From positions 62,001 to 126,000 of the IMG/VR virus record IMGVR_UViG_3300032675_000001: a stretch of DNA of 64,000 nt. The stretch is one strand, 5' to 3'. Below the pieces are notes generated by a model. That model searched no databases. It worked only from the letters and a program-made list of their open reading frames with translations, and had not been told where the DNA came from. This document shows, one piece after another, positions 45,155-53,383 of the stretch (position 1 is the first letter of the stretch; each line of letters begins with the position of its first letter). The position numbers and the translations under genes were made by a program.

Positions 45155-46387
45155 TCATTTCTCCAAATCTCTCAGTTTACTTAGTTCAGGGAAGACAGAC
45201 CAAAAGTTTTCGTCTCTGATTCTATCTATAGAACGAGTGTGCTGTAGGAACGTTTCCTTTACTTTAGCCCAATCATCACTGTCTGATGCAAAGTTGACAG
45301 CATCGGTAATAAGTCTTGACAATGATGTTCCATCACCTTCGTTGGCTGTTGCCCATGCCAATGCTTTCTTGGCGGCTTCATCCTTAAGTTCACGAGGTAA
45401 TGATTTGGCACAGTAATAGTTAGGATGAACTGCAAGATAGAGTGAGTGATACCAATCTTCTCTACGAACTATTCCCTTGTCCTTTAGGTATTGATAAAAC
45501 TCACCAATGGTGCTATAGTTAAAAATGCTAAACACCGTGTTCATTTGAAATACTACCTGCTCAAGGTCACGAAAAATGAGGAGGTTTTCCTCTACTTTAC
45601 CCCAATCAGTTCCCTTGCGCAACCATTCTGCACGTTCGCCATAATGATCTATTGAGCAAGATAGTTCCACTCTCTTAAAGTGTTTCCACAGTTCAAGGAC
45701 ATCATGCTTTTTATACTTGATATTGCTTGCGTTTGTGTTGTATCTTAATGTGATATCGGTGCGACCTTTGCGAATCATTTCCTCAAGCATCGTATAATGC
45801 TCGTCGGTGATCAGTGGTTCGCCGCCTGCAAAATATGCAAGGTCAATATTTTCCACTTGATCAAGTGCTTCTTGCAGTAGATTACCCTTGGGATCAGCAT
45901 GAATAACAATAGGATGATTTGGGTCATAGTTCTTCTGCATCTCTGCACCCCACTGTGAGCTAAACTCTGAGCCACAGGTTCTGCATTTAAAGTTACATAT
46001 GTTGGAGAAACGAATGTCAAAATAGTGCATCTTAAAATCAGGCACGGTGCCATCATCCAGAGTGGTCGGAACGATTTCGTCAAACCGTGATGCAAACTGC
46101 TCTTTACTGTAGTTTCTGAATGAGTGTGGTCCAGCTTCCTCATGCTTATAGCAAAAGTCGCAAATCTTAGATTTGCGACCATTAAGCATATCAAGGCGAA
46201 GCGCCTTCATCTTCTCATTATTGAATGCTTCTTTGAGGGAAGTCTCTTTGGTATTACCAAATGGTTCAGTATAGTTGTTTGAACAGCAAGGATAGATATC
46301 ACCTTTAGGCGTCACGTTTAAGTGAAGCCATGGAAACATGCAGAACTCTTTGCTTTCGTTTAACAGGTAATCTTTATCTAAATCCAT
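45155..46387 (-). CDS. Radical SAM protein with N-terminal Twitch-like cluster
   Basis: FCMFPWLH...PCC, CNFKCRTC and AGGEP motifs. Paralog of 43094..44368. Confidence 0.92.
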   Translation of the reverse strand: MDLDKDYLLNESKEFCMFPWLHLNVTPKGDIYPCCSNNYTEPFGNTKETSLKEAFNNEKMKALRLDMLNGRKSKICDFCYKHEEAGPHSFRNYSKEQFASRFDEIVPTTLDDGTVPDFKMHYFDIRFSNICNFKCRTCGSEFSSQWGAEMQKNYDPNHPIVIHADPKGNLLQEALDQVENIDLAYFAGGEPLITDEHYTMLEEMIRKGRTDITLRYNTNASNIKYKKHDVLELWKHFKRVELSCSIDHYGERAEWLRKGTDWGKVEENLLIFRDLEQVVFQMNTVFSIFNYSTIGEFYQYLKDKGIVRREDWYHSLYLAVHPNYYCAKSLPRELKDEAAKKALAWATANEGDGTSLSRLITDAVNFASDSDDWAKVKETFLQHTRSIDRIRDENFWSVFPELSKLRDLEK

Positions 46388-46446
46388 TAACTTTCCCTTA
46401 TAAGACTATATTATATAGCACGATAAAAGGGAGTGCCAATGTTTTA

Positions 46447-46644
46447 TTACGATTCCCGAATCACATCAAATATGTCACCCCATTCAATGACAATCTCGTA
46501 CTGTGCGTGTTGATATTTCCGCACTACCCTACAATATGATGGTTTAAACGGGTAGACAATCTTTCCGCTTACAGTACGATGGAACCACTTTGGCTTCATG
46601 GGCATCCAATCCTGAATGACTACCGGATCAAAAAAGTTTTTCAT
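46447..46644 (-). CDS. Hypothetical protein
   Basis: Short ORF loosely similar to 47634..47855. Confidence 0.55.
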   Translation of the reverse strand: MKNFFDPVVIQDWMPMKPKWFHRTVSGKIVYPFKPSYCRVVRKYQHAQYEIVIEWGDIFDVIRES

Positions 46645-46690
46645 AAAATTTCGCGCTAATCTACTTAGGTGTGTAAGTCATAAAAATCAG

Positions 46691-46734
46691 CATCTTAGTC
46701 CCCCATCATAAATACGTGATAGGAGACTAAGATG
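46691..46734. promoter_or_regulatory. Long hairpin with late-promoter motif at the loop and RBS/ATG in the 3' arm
   Basis: CATCTTAGTCCCCCATCA-TAAATACG-TGATAGGAGACTAAGATG. Confidence 0.7.
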
Positions 46735-46890
46735 ACACTTGATGAATTTAATGAAGAATGGCGCGCGCTGACAGAGGATGAAATTGAAGCGCTTGGTGGG
46801 CTACGGAAGCGGATATTCATTCTGGACCCCGCAATATACCTTCAACAAACTCTTCGTATTCTTGCAGATCATGGAATTGATATACATTGA
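46732..46890 (+). CDS. Small antisense-oriented protein (52 aa)
   Basis: Not in the track. ATAAATA at 46708..46714 and AGGAG RBS precede MTLDEFNEEWRALTEDEIEALGGLRKRIFILDPAIYLQQTLRILADHGIDIH*. Confidence 0.6.
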   Translation: MTLDEFNEEWRALTEDEIEALGGLRKRIFILDPAIYLQQTLRILADHGIDIH

Positions 46891-46983
46891 CAATGGATTG
46901 CTTTTCCATTTGATGTCTTCGTTTAACGCCCTACCACCAAAAACAAACATTAAATCATCAGAAATACTAGTCGGAATGTTCAT
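46801..46983 (-). CDS. Hypothetical protein
   Basis: ATGA-coupled to the upstream LRWS gene; overlaps the + strand ORF. Confidence 0.4.
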   Translation of the reverse strand: MNIPTSISDDLMFVFGGRALNEDIKWKSNPLSMYINSMICKNTKSLLKVYCGVQNEYPLP

Positions 46984-47180
46984 GACCACCTCAACGTAAA
47001 CAGAGTGGCATCTTTTGGATCACCGAACCAAAACTCATAGATTATGTCTATTGACAGGCTGACATCAGACATATCTGTTTCTCTGTACCGACTATAACTG
47101 ACACAATGTTTTTTAGCCCAAAAAATCAACTCTAGAGTGGTAGCATCCGGATCAAACAGTTCTACTTTTGTTAACTCCAT
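46980..47180 (-). CDS. F-x-L-R-W-S family protein
   Basis: Ends FGDPKDATLFTLRWS. Confidence 0.75.
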   Translation of the reverse strand: MELTKVELFDPDATTLELIFWAKKHCVSYSRYRETDMSDVSLSIDIIYEFWFGDPKDATLFTLRWS

Positions 47181-47641
47181 CTTAGACTAAACCACGTATA
47201 GTCAGACTCTTCCTTGAAGGCGAAAAACATTACATCGCCGCCGCCGATTTCATTAAACTCAAAGTTATCTTGGTTATCCCACAGCCCACGAAGCCAATCG
47301 TTTCTCCACTTACCTTGACAATTCTGTTCGCACCAGTCTGCCATTTGGTCTATGACATCAAAATTAAAGGCAGTATTTGTAATACGCGGAACGTTTAATG
47401 CATGATTAGCAGTGCTAGGACGCAGTTGTGTAAAGCTATAGTAGATATAGTGTTTATCAGGTACTGACCATATGAACTTATAACCGTGATAGTATGTGTG
47501 TGCCCAACGAGCCATTGGGCCAATATCAGAGTCATATCTGCGCTCATATTCACGCCAAGTTTTACAGCCATGAGTTTCTAGAAAGCGTTTTTCACGCCAT
47601 CCTGTCCATCGCGTTTTTAATTCTTTTATAGGATTATTCAT
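47171..47641 (-). CDS. F-x-L-R-W-S family protein
   Basis: WCEQN; ends FKEESDYTWFSLRWS. Confidence 0.8.
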   Translation of the reverse strand: MNNPIKELKTRWTGWREKRFLETHGCKTWREYERRYDSDIGPMARWAHTYYHGYKFIWSVPDKHYIYYSFTQLRPSTANHALNVPRITNTAFNFDVIDQMADWCEQNCQGKWRNDWLRGLWDNQDNFEFNEIGGGDVMFFAFKEESDYTWFSLRWS

Positions 47642-47855
47642 CTCGTAAAACTTTCAGCATGTATTCTTTTTGAGAGAGCCATATATTGCCAATATACCCG
47701 TAATCAGTGCTACGTATCCCTTTGTAGGCTGTTCTTAGGAACAACAACTTGTTACTACGATTGCATCTGGTAAAGAGCCATAAAACTCTGCGTTTCACCC
47801 AAGTCCATCTCACTCTCATAGAACGGTCAATATCTTTATCCCAGTAAAAAGCCAT
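47634..47855 (-). CDS. Hypothetical protein in the LRWS array
   Basis: Ends WLSQKEYMLKVLRDE. Confidence 0.65.
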   Translation of the reverse strand: MAFYWDKDIDRSMRVRWTWVKRRVLWLFTRCNRSNKLLFLRTAYKGIRSTDYGYIGNIWLSQKEYMLKVLRDE

Positions 47856-47858
47856 TAG

Positions 47859-48047
47859 TTATCCCCACCTCAACTTAAACCATATTGCATCTTCTTCGCT
47901 CTGAAACCGTATGCCTTCTCTACCGTCTATACTACTTCCAACAGTCCATCGTTGTGGTTCCGGCAACGGTGGGTTTGGCATCTTTTCATCTAACCAGTCG
48001 CCAGCTTCTACTAACACTTTTAAGGGGACTTCAATATCAATACTCAC
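47859..48047 (-). CDS. F-x-L-R-W-S family protein
   Basis: GTGA-coupled start; ends FQSEEDAIWFKLRWG. Confidence 0.75.
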   Translation of the reverse strand: MSIDIEVPLKVLVEAGDWLDEKMPNPPLPEPQRWTVGSSIDGREGIRFQSEEDAIWFKLRWG

Positions 48048-48403
48048 GACCACCTCAACATAAACCAAGAAACATCCTTCTCATTCTTGAGAAAGACATA
48101 GTATACTCCCGTATACCAATCGCCCTGTTTTAAGTTCTGTTCGCACCATTCACGTATTACGTAATAGTCCTGTGGATCAATCTCAGAATACCATCCTCCG
48201 TCTCGTTCTTCTACCCACTGATTCTTGTCAAGAATGATACCAAGATCATCGGTCCAGCGCGACCAATGCCACGCTGGATTGCCACGTTCGTAGCGAAACT
48301 TTGGCTTGATCCTTTCTGGTGAAACTATATGCCATGCAGCATTCAGTTTTCTAGTTTTAGCAGTCACTGTTGTCTTTATAATATCAAACTTAATATCAGT
48401 CAT
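48044..48403 (-). CDS. F-x-L-R-W-S family protein
   Basis: WCEQN; ends NEKDVSWFMLRWS. Confidence 0.8.
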   Translation of the reverse strand: MTDIKFDIIKTTVTAKTRKLNAAWHIVSPERIKPKFRYERGNPAWHWSRWTDDLGIILDKNQWVEERDGGWYSEIDPQDYYVIREWCEQNLKQGDWYTGVYYVFLKNEKDVSWFMLRWS

Positions 48404-48618
48404 GTTTCCCTCAAGATAAACCAAACATAATCTTCTTCACGATCAAAAACAATGTGTACTTGACCTTCCCGAATCGTGATCTTTTGATCATACGTATCGT
48501 TCCAATGACATACCCATGCACGGTAAAAAACCCCCTCCGTATTAATAATCTTGTCGAACCTATTACGGAACCATTCAGGTTGCTGATTATGATCCTTCGG
48601 GACTTTGTAGTAATACAT
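48400..48618 (-). CDS. F-x-L-R-W-S family protein
   Basis: TAATG-coupled; ends FDREEDYVWFILRET. Confidence 0.75.
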   Translation of the reverse strand: MYYYKVPKDHNQQPEWFRNRFDKIINTEGVFYRAWVCHWNDTYDQKITIREGQVHIVFDREEDYVWFILRET

Positions 48619-48935
48619 TATGACCACCTCAATGTCAAATAGACCCAAGCCTTTTCAGCATCAGCATATCGTTTGAATATCATAGAACGATGCCCATAGT
48701 CTTCTCCACCAAACGATTTCATGATTGCCAGTGCATCATTTAGTACCTCAGTAAAATCAATGCTAAATTTAACAGCAATAACCCACTTGTTCTTGTGGCC
48801 ACCTGTCTTGCGTTGCACCCTCTTACGATAGAGCATAAAATGATTGTTTTGTAGCTCTACTGGTCTATAAATGTCAAGCGTCACATTCTTCAACAGACGG
48901 GAAAGCATTTCTTGCCCTGAAATAGTTTTAGTCAT
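48618..48935 (-). CDS. F-x-L-R-W-S family protein
   Basis: ATGA-coupled; ends DAEKAWVYLTLRWS. Confidence 0.75.
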   Translation of the reverse strand: MTKTISGQEMLSRLLKNVTLDIYRPVELQNNHFMLYRKRVQRKTGGHKNKWVIAVKFSIDFTEVLNDALAIMKSFGGEDYGHRSMIFKRYADAEKAWVYLTLRWS

Positions 48936-49213
48936 GACCACCTCAACAGAAACAAAATCATGTCGCGTTCATCGGTGAACTCGTAATAGTCATCCCAGTT
49001 GTTGTATGTCGCATTGTATTTTGATGCCATATCTGCGTTCCACTTAACCCAATGCATATATACACTACGACTGTCAGTTGGAGCAATGGCTTGATGCTCT
49101 TTGGAGATGTTATAAAACCATTGCTTCCGCACCGTGCGGCTGGCATCATCATGGACATATAGACGCAGATTATCCCTTGTTACATGGGATTCATTAGGTT
49201 CACTTCTTGACAT
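48932..49213 (-). CDS. F-x-L-R-W-S family protein
   Basis: Ends FTDERDMILFLLRWS. Confidence 0.75.
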   Translation of the reverse strand: MSRSEPNESHVTRDNLRLYVHDDASRTVRKQWFYNISKEHQAIAPTDSRSVYMHWVKWNADMASKYNATYNNWDDYYEFTDERDMILFLLRWS

Positions 49214-50577
49214 AAGCGGTAGAAATCCAACATCTCAGGGTACACGGTTAACAAGTCCGTCTCACGACGATCATCAATCTCATTGAACCAGTTGTAGAAA
49301 TCTCTACGTCCTTCAATGAGCTTCTGATCGCTATACACCGTTTCCGCCATATAGTCAACAACTCTTTTGAACTTTTCATACTCGATAGTAGAGAAAGCAT
49401 CGGCGCGGTCATCATCAAGGTTGTCTTCCATAAACTTCAATGACTCGCACATATATGGCATGAACTCATCCTTGGGAAGAATGTTCATGTCATACTGAAT
49501 CGGATCACGAAGATATGGAGTGTCAAAACGAATGATGTGCTGCTTGCGCTCTTCATCCCATCCATACTGCTTACGCCATTCAAGAAACTTCTCTAGAAGA
49601 CTCTTGAAGCTTGTCACACTGAAAATATTAAATGTGATCATGAATGTGATAGGAGACTGTGCCTTGCTTACATAGGTGTGGAAGTTCTTTTCCCACACAT
49701 CTAGGTCTAGTCCAGTGCGAATATACTCCGCACGTTCTCCCCATGTATCCATTGAAGTGAACAGCTTGAATGCTCTGATTTTACCTTCATCCTGTAGCTT
49801 TCGGACTTTGGTTGCAAGGCGATCAATCAGAATATTCTTCGTGCCTAGGTTTGAGTTAATGTTTAGTTCCAACCATGGCATTGGGTCTTCATCAATCTTG
49901 TCTAGCAGTTGCCATGTAGACTTGTGAAGAGTTGGTTCTCCGCCTGTGACACGCATGATGTTTAATGTTTGTCTCAGTTCAGGCCACCATTCCCAGAATG
50001 CATCAACATATGGGTTTTCTTCTTCACGTTGATAAAGTTTCATCCAGTCAATATCGCAGCGATGGTTCTTGACACTTGTTACCGGACCAAAATCTTCAAT
50101 CTCTTTGAAGTAGCGAGTTGAGTATTTTGGATGACAGTATCCGCATTTGAAATTGCATTCGTTGCCAAAGTTTATTTCCAAGTATTCCGGATTGATATTC
50201 TGATTCCAAGCACCCTTTGCTGTCTGTTCGTAACGTTCTTCTGTGAAGATAGAACTGTTGCGAATGTGTCGGTCAGAGATATAATCCTTACCCATTGCTT
50301 CCACGTTCCAGCAGTATTGACACCCTTTTGGCTTTTCTCCATTGAGCATCTGCTGACGCTCTAACTTCTTTTCAGTTGTATTGTGGAGAGCCGATGGATT
50401 ATCTTTTAGTTCACTCAATGGAATCTTGTGAGGAGCCGGGTGATAGCATGAATGCGTTTCCCCTGTCTGCAAGTAGATAGTCGTATGCATCCATTTTGCT
50501 AAACAGAAAGTCTTAGTAGAGTCAACGTCTATATAATCACGTATGCGTTTAATTCTGTCAACTTCGGATTCTTGCAT
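49180..50577 (-). CDS. Radical SAM protein with N-terminal Twitch-like cluster
   Basis: FCLAKW...SCYHP, C.YCW, CNFKCGYC and TGGEP motifs. Start moved to MQESEV. Confidence 0.92.
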   Translation of the reverse strand: MQESEVDRIKRIRDYIDVDSTKTFCLAKWMHTTIYLQTGETHSCYHPAPHKIPLSELKDNPSALHNTTEKKLERQQMLNGEKPKGCQYCWNVEAMGKDYISDRHIRNSSIFTEERYEQTAKGAWNQNINPEYLEINFGNECNFKCGYCHPKYSTRYFKEIEDFGPVTSVKNHRCDIDWMKLYQREEENPYVDAFWEWWPELRQTLNIMRVTGGEPTLHKSTWQLLDKIDEDPMPWLELNINSNLGTKNILIDRLATKVRKLQDEGKIRAFKLFTSMDTWGERAEYIRTGLDLDVWEKNFHTYVSKAQSPITFMITFNIFSVTSFKSLLEKFLEWRKQYGWDEERKQHIIRFDTPYLRDPIQYDMNILPKDEFMPYMCESLKFMEDNLDDDRADAFSTIEYEKFKRVVDYMAETVYSDQKLIEGRRDFYNWFNEIDDRRETDLLTVYPEMLDFYRLCQEVNLMNPM

Positions 50578-50594
50578 GGGCTTCTTTTCTGATG

Positions 50595-50662
50595 ATAAAT
50601 AGCTGTGAGTCGCGGAACAGACATTCCCACTCACTCTAACGCTATTAAGGAGCATCAGCATG
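50595..50662 (+). promoter_or_regulatory. Late promoter + conserved structured leader, copy A
   Basis: ATAAATA gct GTGAGT cgc GGAA cagaca TTCC c ACTCAC tctaac GCT attaagg AGC atcagc ATG. Confidence 0.8.
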
Positions 50663-51175
50663 ACTATTTACACTGGCAATAACTATCGGAAAATTTATAA
50701 ACAACACCATGGTCCTATCCCAAAAGATGAAAACGGGCGACGATACGACATTCATCATATTGATGGTGATCATACCAACAATCTCCCGGACAATCTGATT
50801 GCCATTCCAATTCAAGAACATTATGATATTCATTATGCCCAAAAAGATTATGGTGCATGTTTTCTCATAGCACCACGCCTAAAAATGTCAGCAAACGTAC
50901 TATCAGAACTAGCATCAAAACGCAATAAACAACAACTTGAAAATGGGACGCACGTTTTTCAAAGTGGTATGCAGACAAAAAACAATCTGATACGAAGTCA
51001 AAACGGAACTCATCCTTTTCTTGGCGGAAATGTTCAGCGTGATATGCACAGAAAAAATTTAGAAAACGGTACACATTTCGGTAAAATGGTGTGGACATGT
51101 CCACACTGCGGCAAGAACGGTAGGAATAAATCTAACTATACCAGATATCATGGCAGTAACTGTAAATCGCTGTAG
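50660..51175 (+). CDS. HNH homing endonuclease
   Basis: DIHHIDGDHTNNLPDNL...EHYDIH, NGTH repeats and a C-terminal CPHC..RYHG..C. Confidence 0.9.
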   Translation: MTIYTGNNYRKIYKQHHGPIPKDENGRRYDIHHIDGDHTNNLPDNLIAIPIQEHYDIHYAQKDYGACFLIAPRLKMSANVLSELASKRNKQQLENGTHVFQSGMQTKNNLIRSQNGTHPFLGGNVQRDMHRKNLENGTHFGKMVWTCPHCGKNGRNKSNYTRYHGSNCKSL

Positions 51176-51178
51176 TTT

Positions 51179-52126
51179 TCACCAGCCTTCTATCTTTCTA
51201 ATGACATCCATCTCTTTTACCAATGGACCCACGTTGTATTTGTCTGCGTTGTAGTGACGCTTGAAGAACTTGCTTTGTTCTTCTAAAAACATGCACATTG
51301 GTAGACCTAACTTATCTGCTAAGATATCTCCTACTATTTCCGCAGCGATGGTTGGATGCTTGTCTTTGTGAGATTCCCAAAGATTGTGAAAAGTATCAAA
51401 GTCGGATACTTCACGATAATCCCAGTCAGTGAGCATAGTCATCCATGTACCTAATCTTGCACCGTAAATAGCCCAGATACCATTCTCCACATCGGCACCA
51501 ACATTGTGCCAAATAGTGAGATTGTTCAGATTGCGTGATGCTACTCGCTCCTTAAAATCATCTATACTAGGCTTTGCACCACGATCCAGCACCATCTTGA
51601 CGCCTTCACGAAATCCTGCTCTCCACGCCTGAAAGGGAGTATAGTTAGGATATGTAGTAGAGTAGCAGTTCCACAAAGCCCAGTATAGACTATTGGTAGA
51701 ATCCATACAGAAGTCTACCGATGTTGAATCACTTCCATCAGTGTTTTCGTGGGTTTGCATAGTTGAAACATATGATTTTGTCCATGACGATATTCCTCCA
51801 TTTCCATAACGGAGACCATTGATATGATTAATGGCCTTCCACCTAAATTGTGCTAGTTTATACGAAGGGTCCAAATCAGTGAAGTCCAATTGGACATTAA
51901 AAAACTCCTCATGTGGCAAGTTATCCCCATCTATTACGAAAAAACGTTCGGTGTCGCTAGCTTCTCCTGCTGCTTTGTGGGCAGCGTCAGAACCCTTCAC
52001 ACCATCAACCCTCTTGGCCCATGGGCACATATTTTTTATCTTAAGCCAAAATTCTTCCTTAGATGGTTCATCATATGAAAGATAAATTACGTCACAATCT
52101 GCAACGTCTAAAATGTCTATACTCAT
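51179..52126 (-). CDS. Glycosyltransferase-A-like protein
   Basis: D.IYLSYDE, RVDGVKG..AAH.AA, VIDGD (DxD), NGLRYGNGG and AWRAGFREG motifs. Confidence 0.65.
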   Translation of the reverse strand: MSIDILDVADCDVIYLSYDEPSKEEFWLKIKNMCPWAKRVDGVKGSDAAHKAAGEASDTERFFVIDGDNLPHEEFFNVQLDFTDLDPSYKLAQFRWKAINHINGLRYGNGGISSWTKSYVSTMQTHENTDGSDSTSVDFCMDSTNSLYWALWNCYSTTYPNYTPFQAWRAGFREGVKMVLDRGAKPSIDDFKERVASRNLNNLTIWHNVGADVENGIWAIYGARLGTWMTMLTDWDYREVSDFDTFHNLWESHKDKHPTIAAEIVGDILADKLGLPMCMFLEEQSKFFKRHYNADKYNVGPLVKEMDVIRKIEGW

Positions 52127-52713
52127 GTAATATTCCTATTCTTACAACGAACGCCGTGCCATCTACTATACATCGGACTACTTACTGTCATGGAGCAATG
52201 CTCACATGTTTTCATTATTTTAGACGGATGCGTACCATCTTTTAATTGTTTTTTCGTTACGGCTCCACCTACTAAATTGTGCCTGTTCTCTTCAATTCTT
52301 TTTAAATTTTTCTGTTTAGCGTTTTCTGAGTTTTGCCACGGGTGCTTCCCTTCCATCACCTGTTTTAACGCTTTTTCTCGTTGGTGGTCACTATTCTGCC
52401 ATGGGTGAATGCCTCTTGCAACTTGACTTGCTGCATTCCTTTTTGCCAACTCTGACTTCTTTTCCTGAGATATATCCATACGCTTTGACAGGCTAAGACA
52501 TGCTGCCCAGTCTCCTTGAGAATAATGAATGTCATAATGTTCTTGTATGGATACTGCAATTAAATTTTCCGGAGAATTATTATGACTGTTTCCATCACGG
52601 TGATGAATATCATATGACCTTCCGTAATCATCCAGTGGAATAGGGCCATGAAACTTTTCGTATAATCGTCTGTAAAAGGTTGAAGATGTTCGTTTTCTAG
52701 AGTAAATAGACAT
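52123..52713 (-). CDS. HNH homing endonuclease, paralog of 50660..51175
   Basis: HGPIP.D..GRSYDIHHRDGNSHNNSPENL...QEHYDIHY, G.HPW repeats and CEHC..RWHG..C. Start moved to MSIYSR. Confidence 0.9.
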   Translation of the reverse strand: MSIYSRKRTSSTFYRRLYEKFHGPIPLDDYGRSYDIHHRDGNSHNNSPENLIAVSIQEHYDIHYSQGDWAACLSLSKRMDISQEKKSELAKRNAASQVARGIHPWQNSDHQREKALKQVMEGKHPWQNSENAKQKNLKRIEENRHNLVGGAVTKKQLKDGTHPSKIMKTCEHCSMTVSSPMYSRWHGVRCKNRNIT

Positions 52714-52779
52714 ACTGATGCTCTCCCAAGCGTTAGAGTAGTTGGGGATTCCAGTCCCGCGAACTACATCTTTATTTAT
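52711..52779 (-). promoter_or_regulatory. Late promoter + conserved structured leader, copy C
   Basis: ATAAATA aagat GTAGTT cgc GGGA ctggaa TCCC c AACTAC tctaac GCTT ggga GAGC atcagt ATG. Confidence 0.8.
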
Positions 52780-52799
52780 GTCTGACATCAACTATTTCA

Positions 52800-53126
52800 T
52801 CAGAGTGCATAAGTCTTTAAATCCCAATATTGTCCATCGTCATCAGTAAGAATACTGATGTCTTCTTTTTCACACAGTGCGCCTTTTGTATCTGGTACCA
52901 AGCGTGATATAACTGCGTTTGTGTTTATCTTTATCAACTTGCCATCAACTACACGAACGTCTGGACGGCCTTCTGCGTATGTTTGAGCATCAATGACAAT
53001 GTAGTTACCATCGTGCTTTTCACAAGAGTATGAGACTACACAACCCCTTTCATCATAGTAGAGCCTGAACTCTGGCTTTACTATGATAGGTGCTTCCCAG
53101 ATGATTACCTCTTCGTTATCCATCAT
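52800..53126 (-). CDS. Hypothetical protein
   Basis: Coupled ORF. Confidence 0.7.
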   Translation of the reverse strand: MMDNEEVIIWEAPIIVKPEFRLYYDERGCVVSYSCEKHDGNYIVIDAQTYAEGRPDVRVVDGKLIKINTNAVISRLVPDTKGALCEKEDISILTDDDGQYWDLKTYAL

Positions 53127-53383
53127 TTCAACTCAAAATAATCTGCGATGACCTCAGATGGAAGCATATGTTCCCATTTGTCGCTCCCGTTGAGCGGCAA
53201 ATCAGCGACTCTCATGCATTCTCTGACAACCAGTTCAGCATACATTTCCAGAAACTTGGTAGTATAACCGATGCTACTGTTAACCCTGAATATAGAGTCG
53301 TAACCAGCAGATTCGGCACTTTGCGACCATCGCATTGCTCCCTCTAGGATTTCTTGACATGCGTGGCGAGAAATATTTGACAT
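53123..53383 (-). CDS. Hypothetical protein
   Basis: Coupled ORF; AELVVREC motif. Confidence 0.65.
   Translation of the reverse strand: MSNISRHACQEILEGAMRWSQSAESAGYDSIFRVNSSIGYTTKFLEMYAELVVRECMRVADLPLNGSDKWEHMLPSEVIADYFELK

Noticed and set aside
46980-49213. Integron cassette array with attC sites
   Set aside because: The genes overlap with no intergenic palindromic attC-like sites, and there is no integrase in the window.
50595-50662. Hammerhead ribozyme on the antisense strand of the leader (CTGATG...)
   Set aside because: It reads CUGAUGC rather than CUGANGA and lacks the GAAA core.
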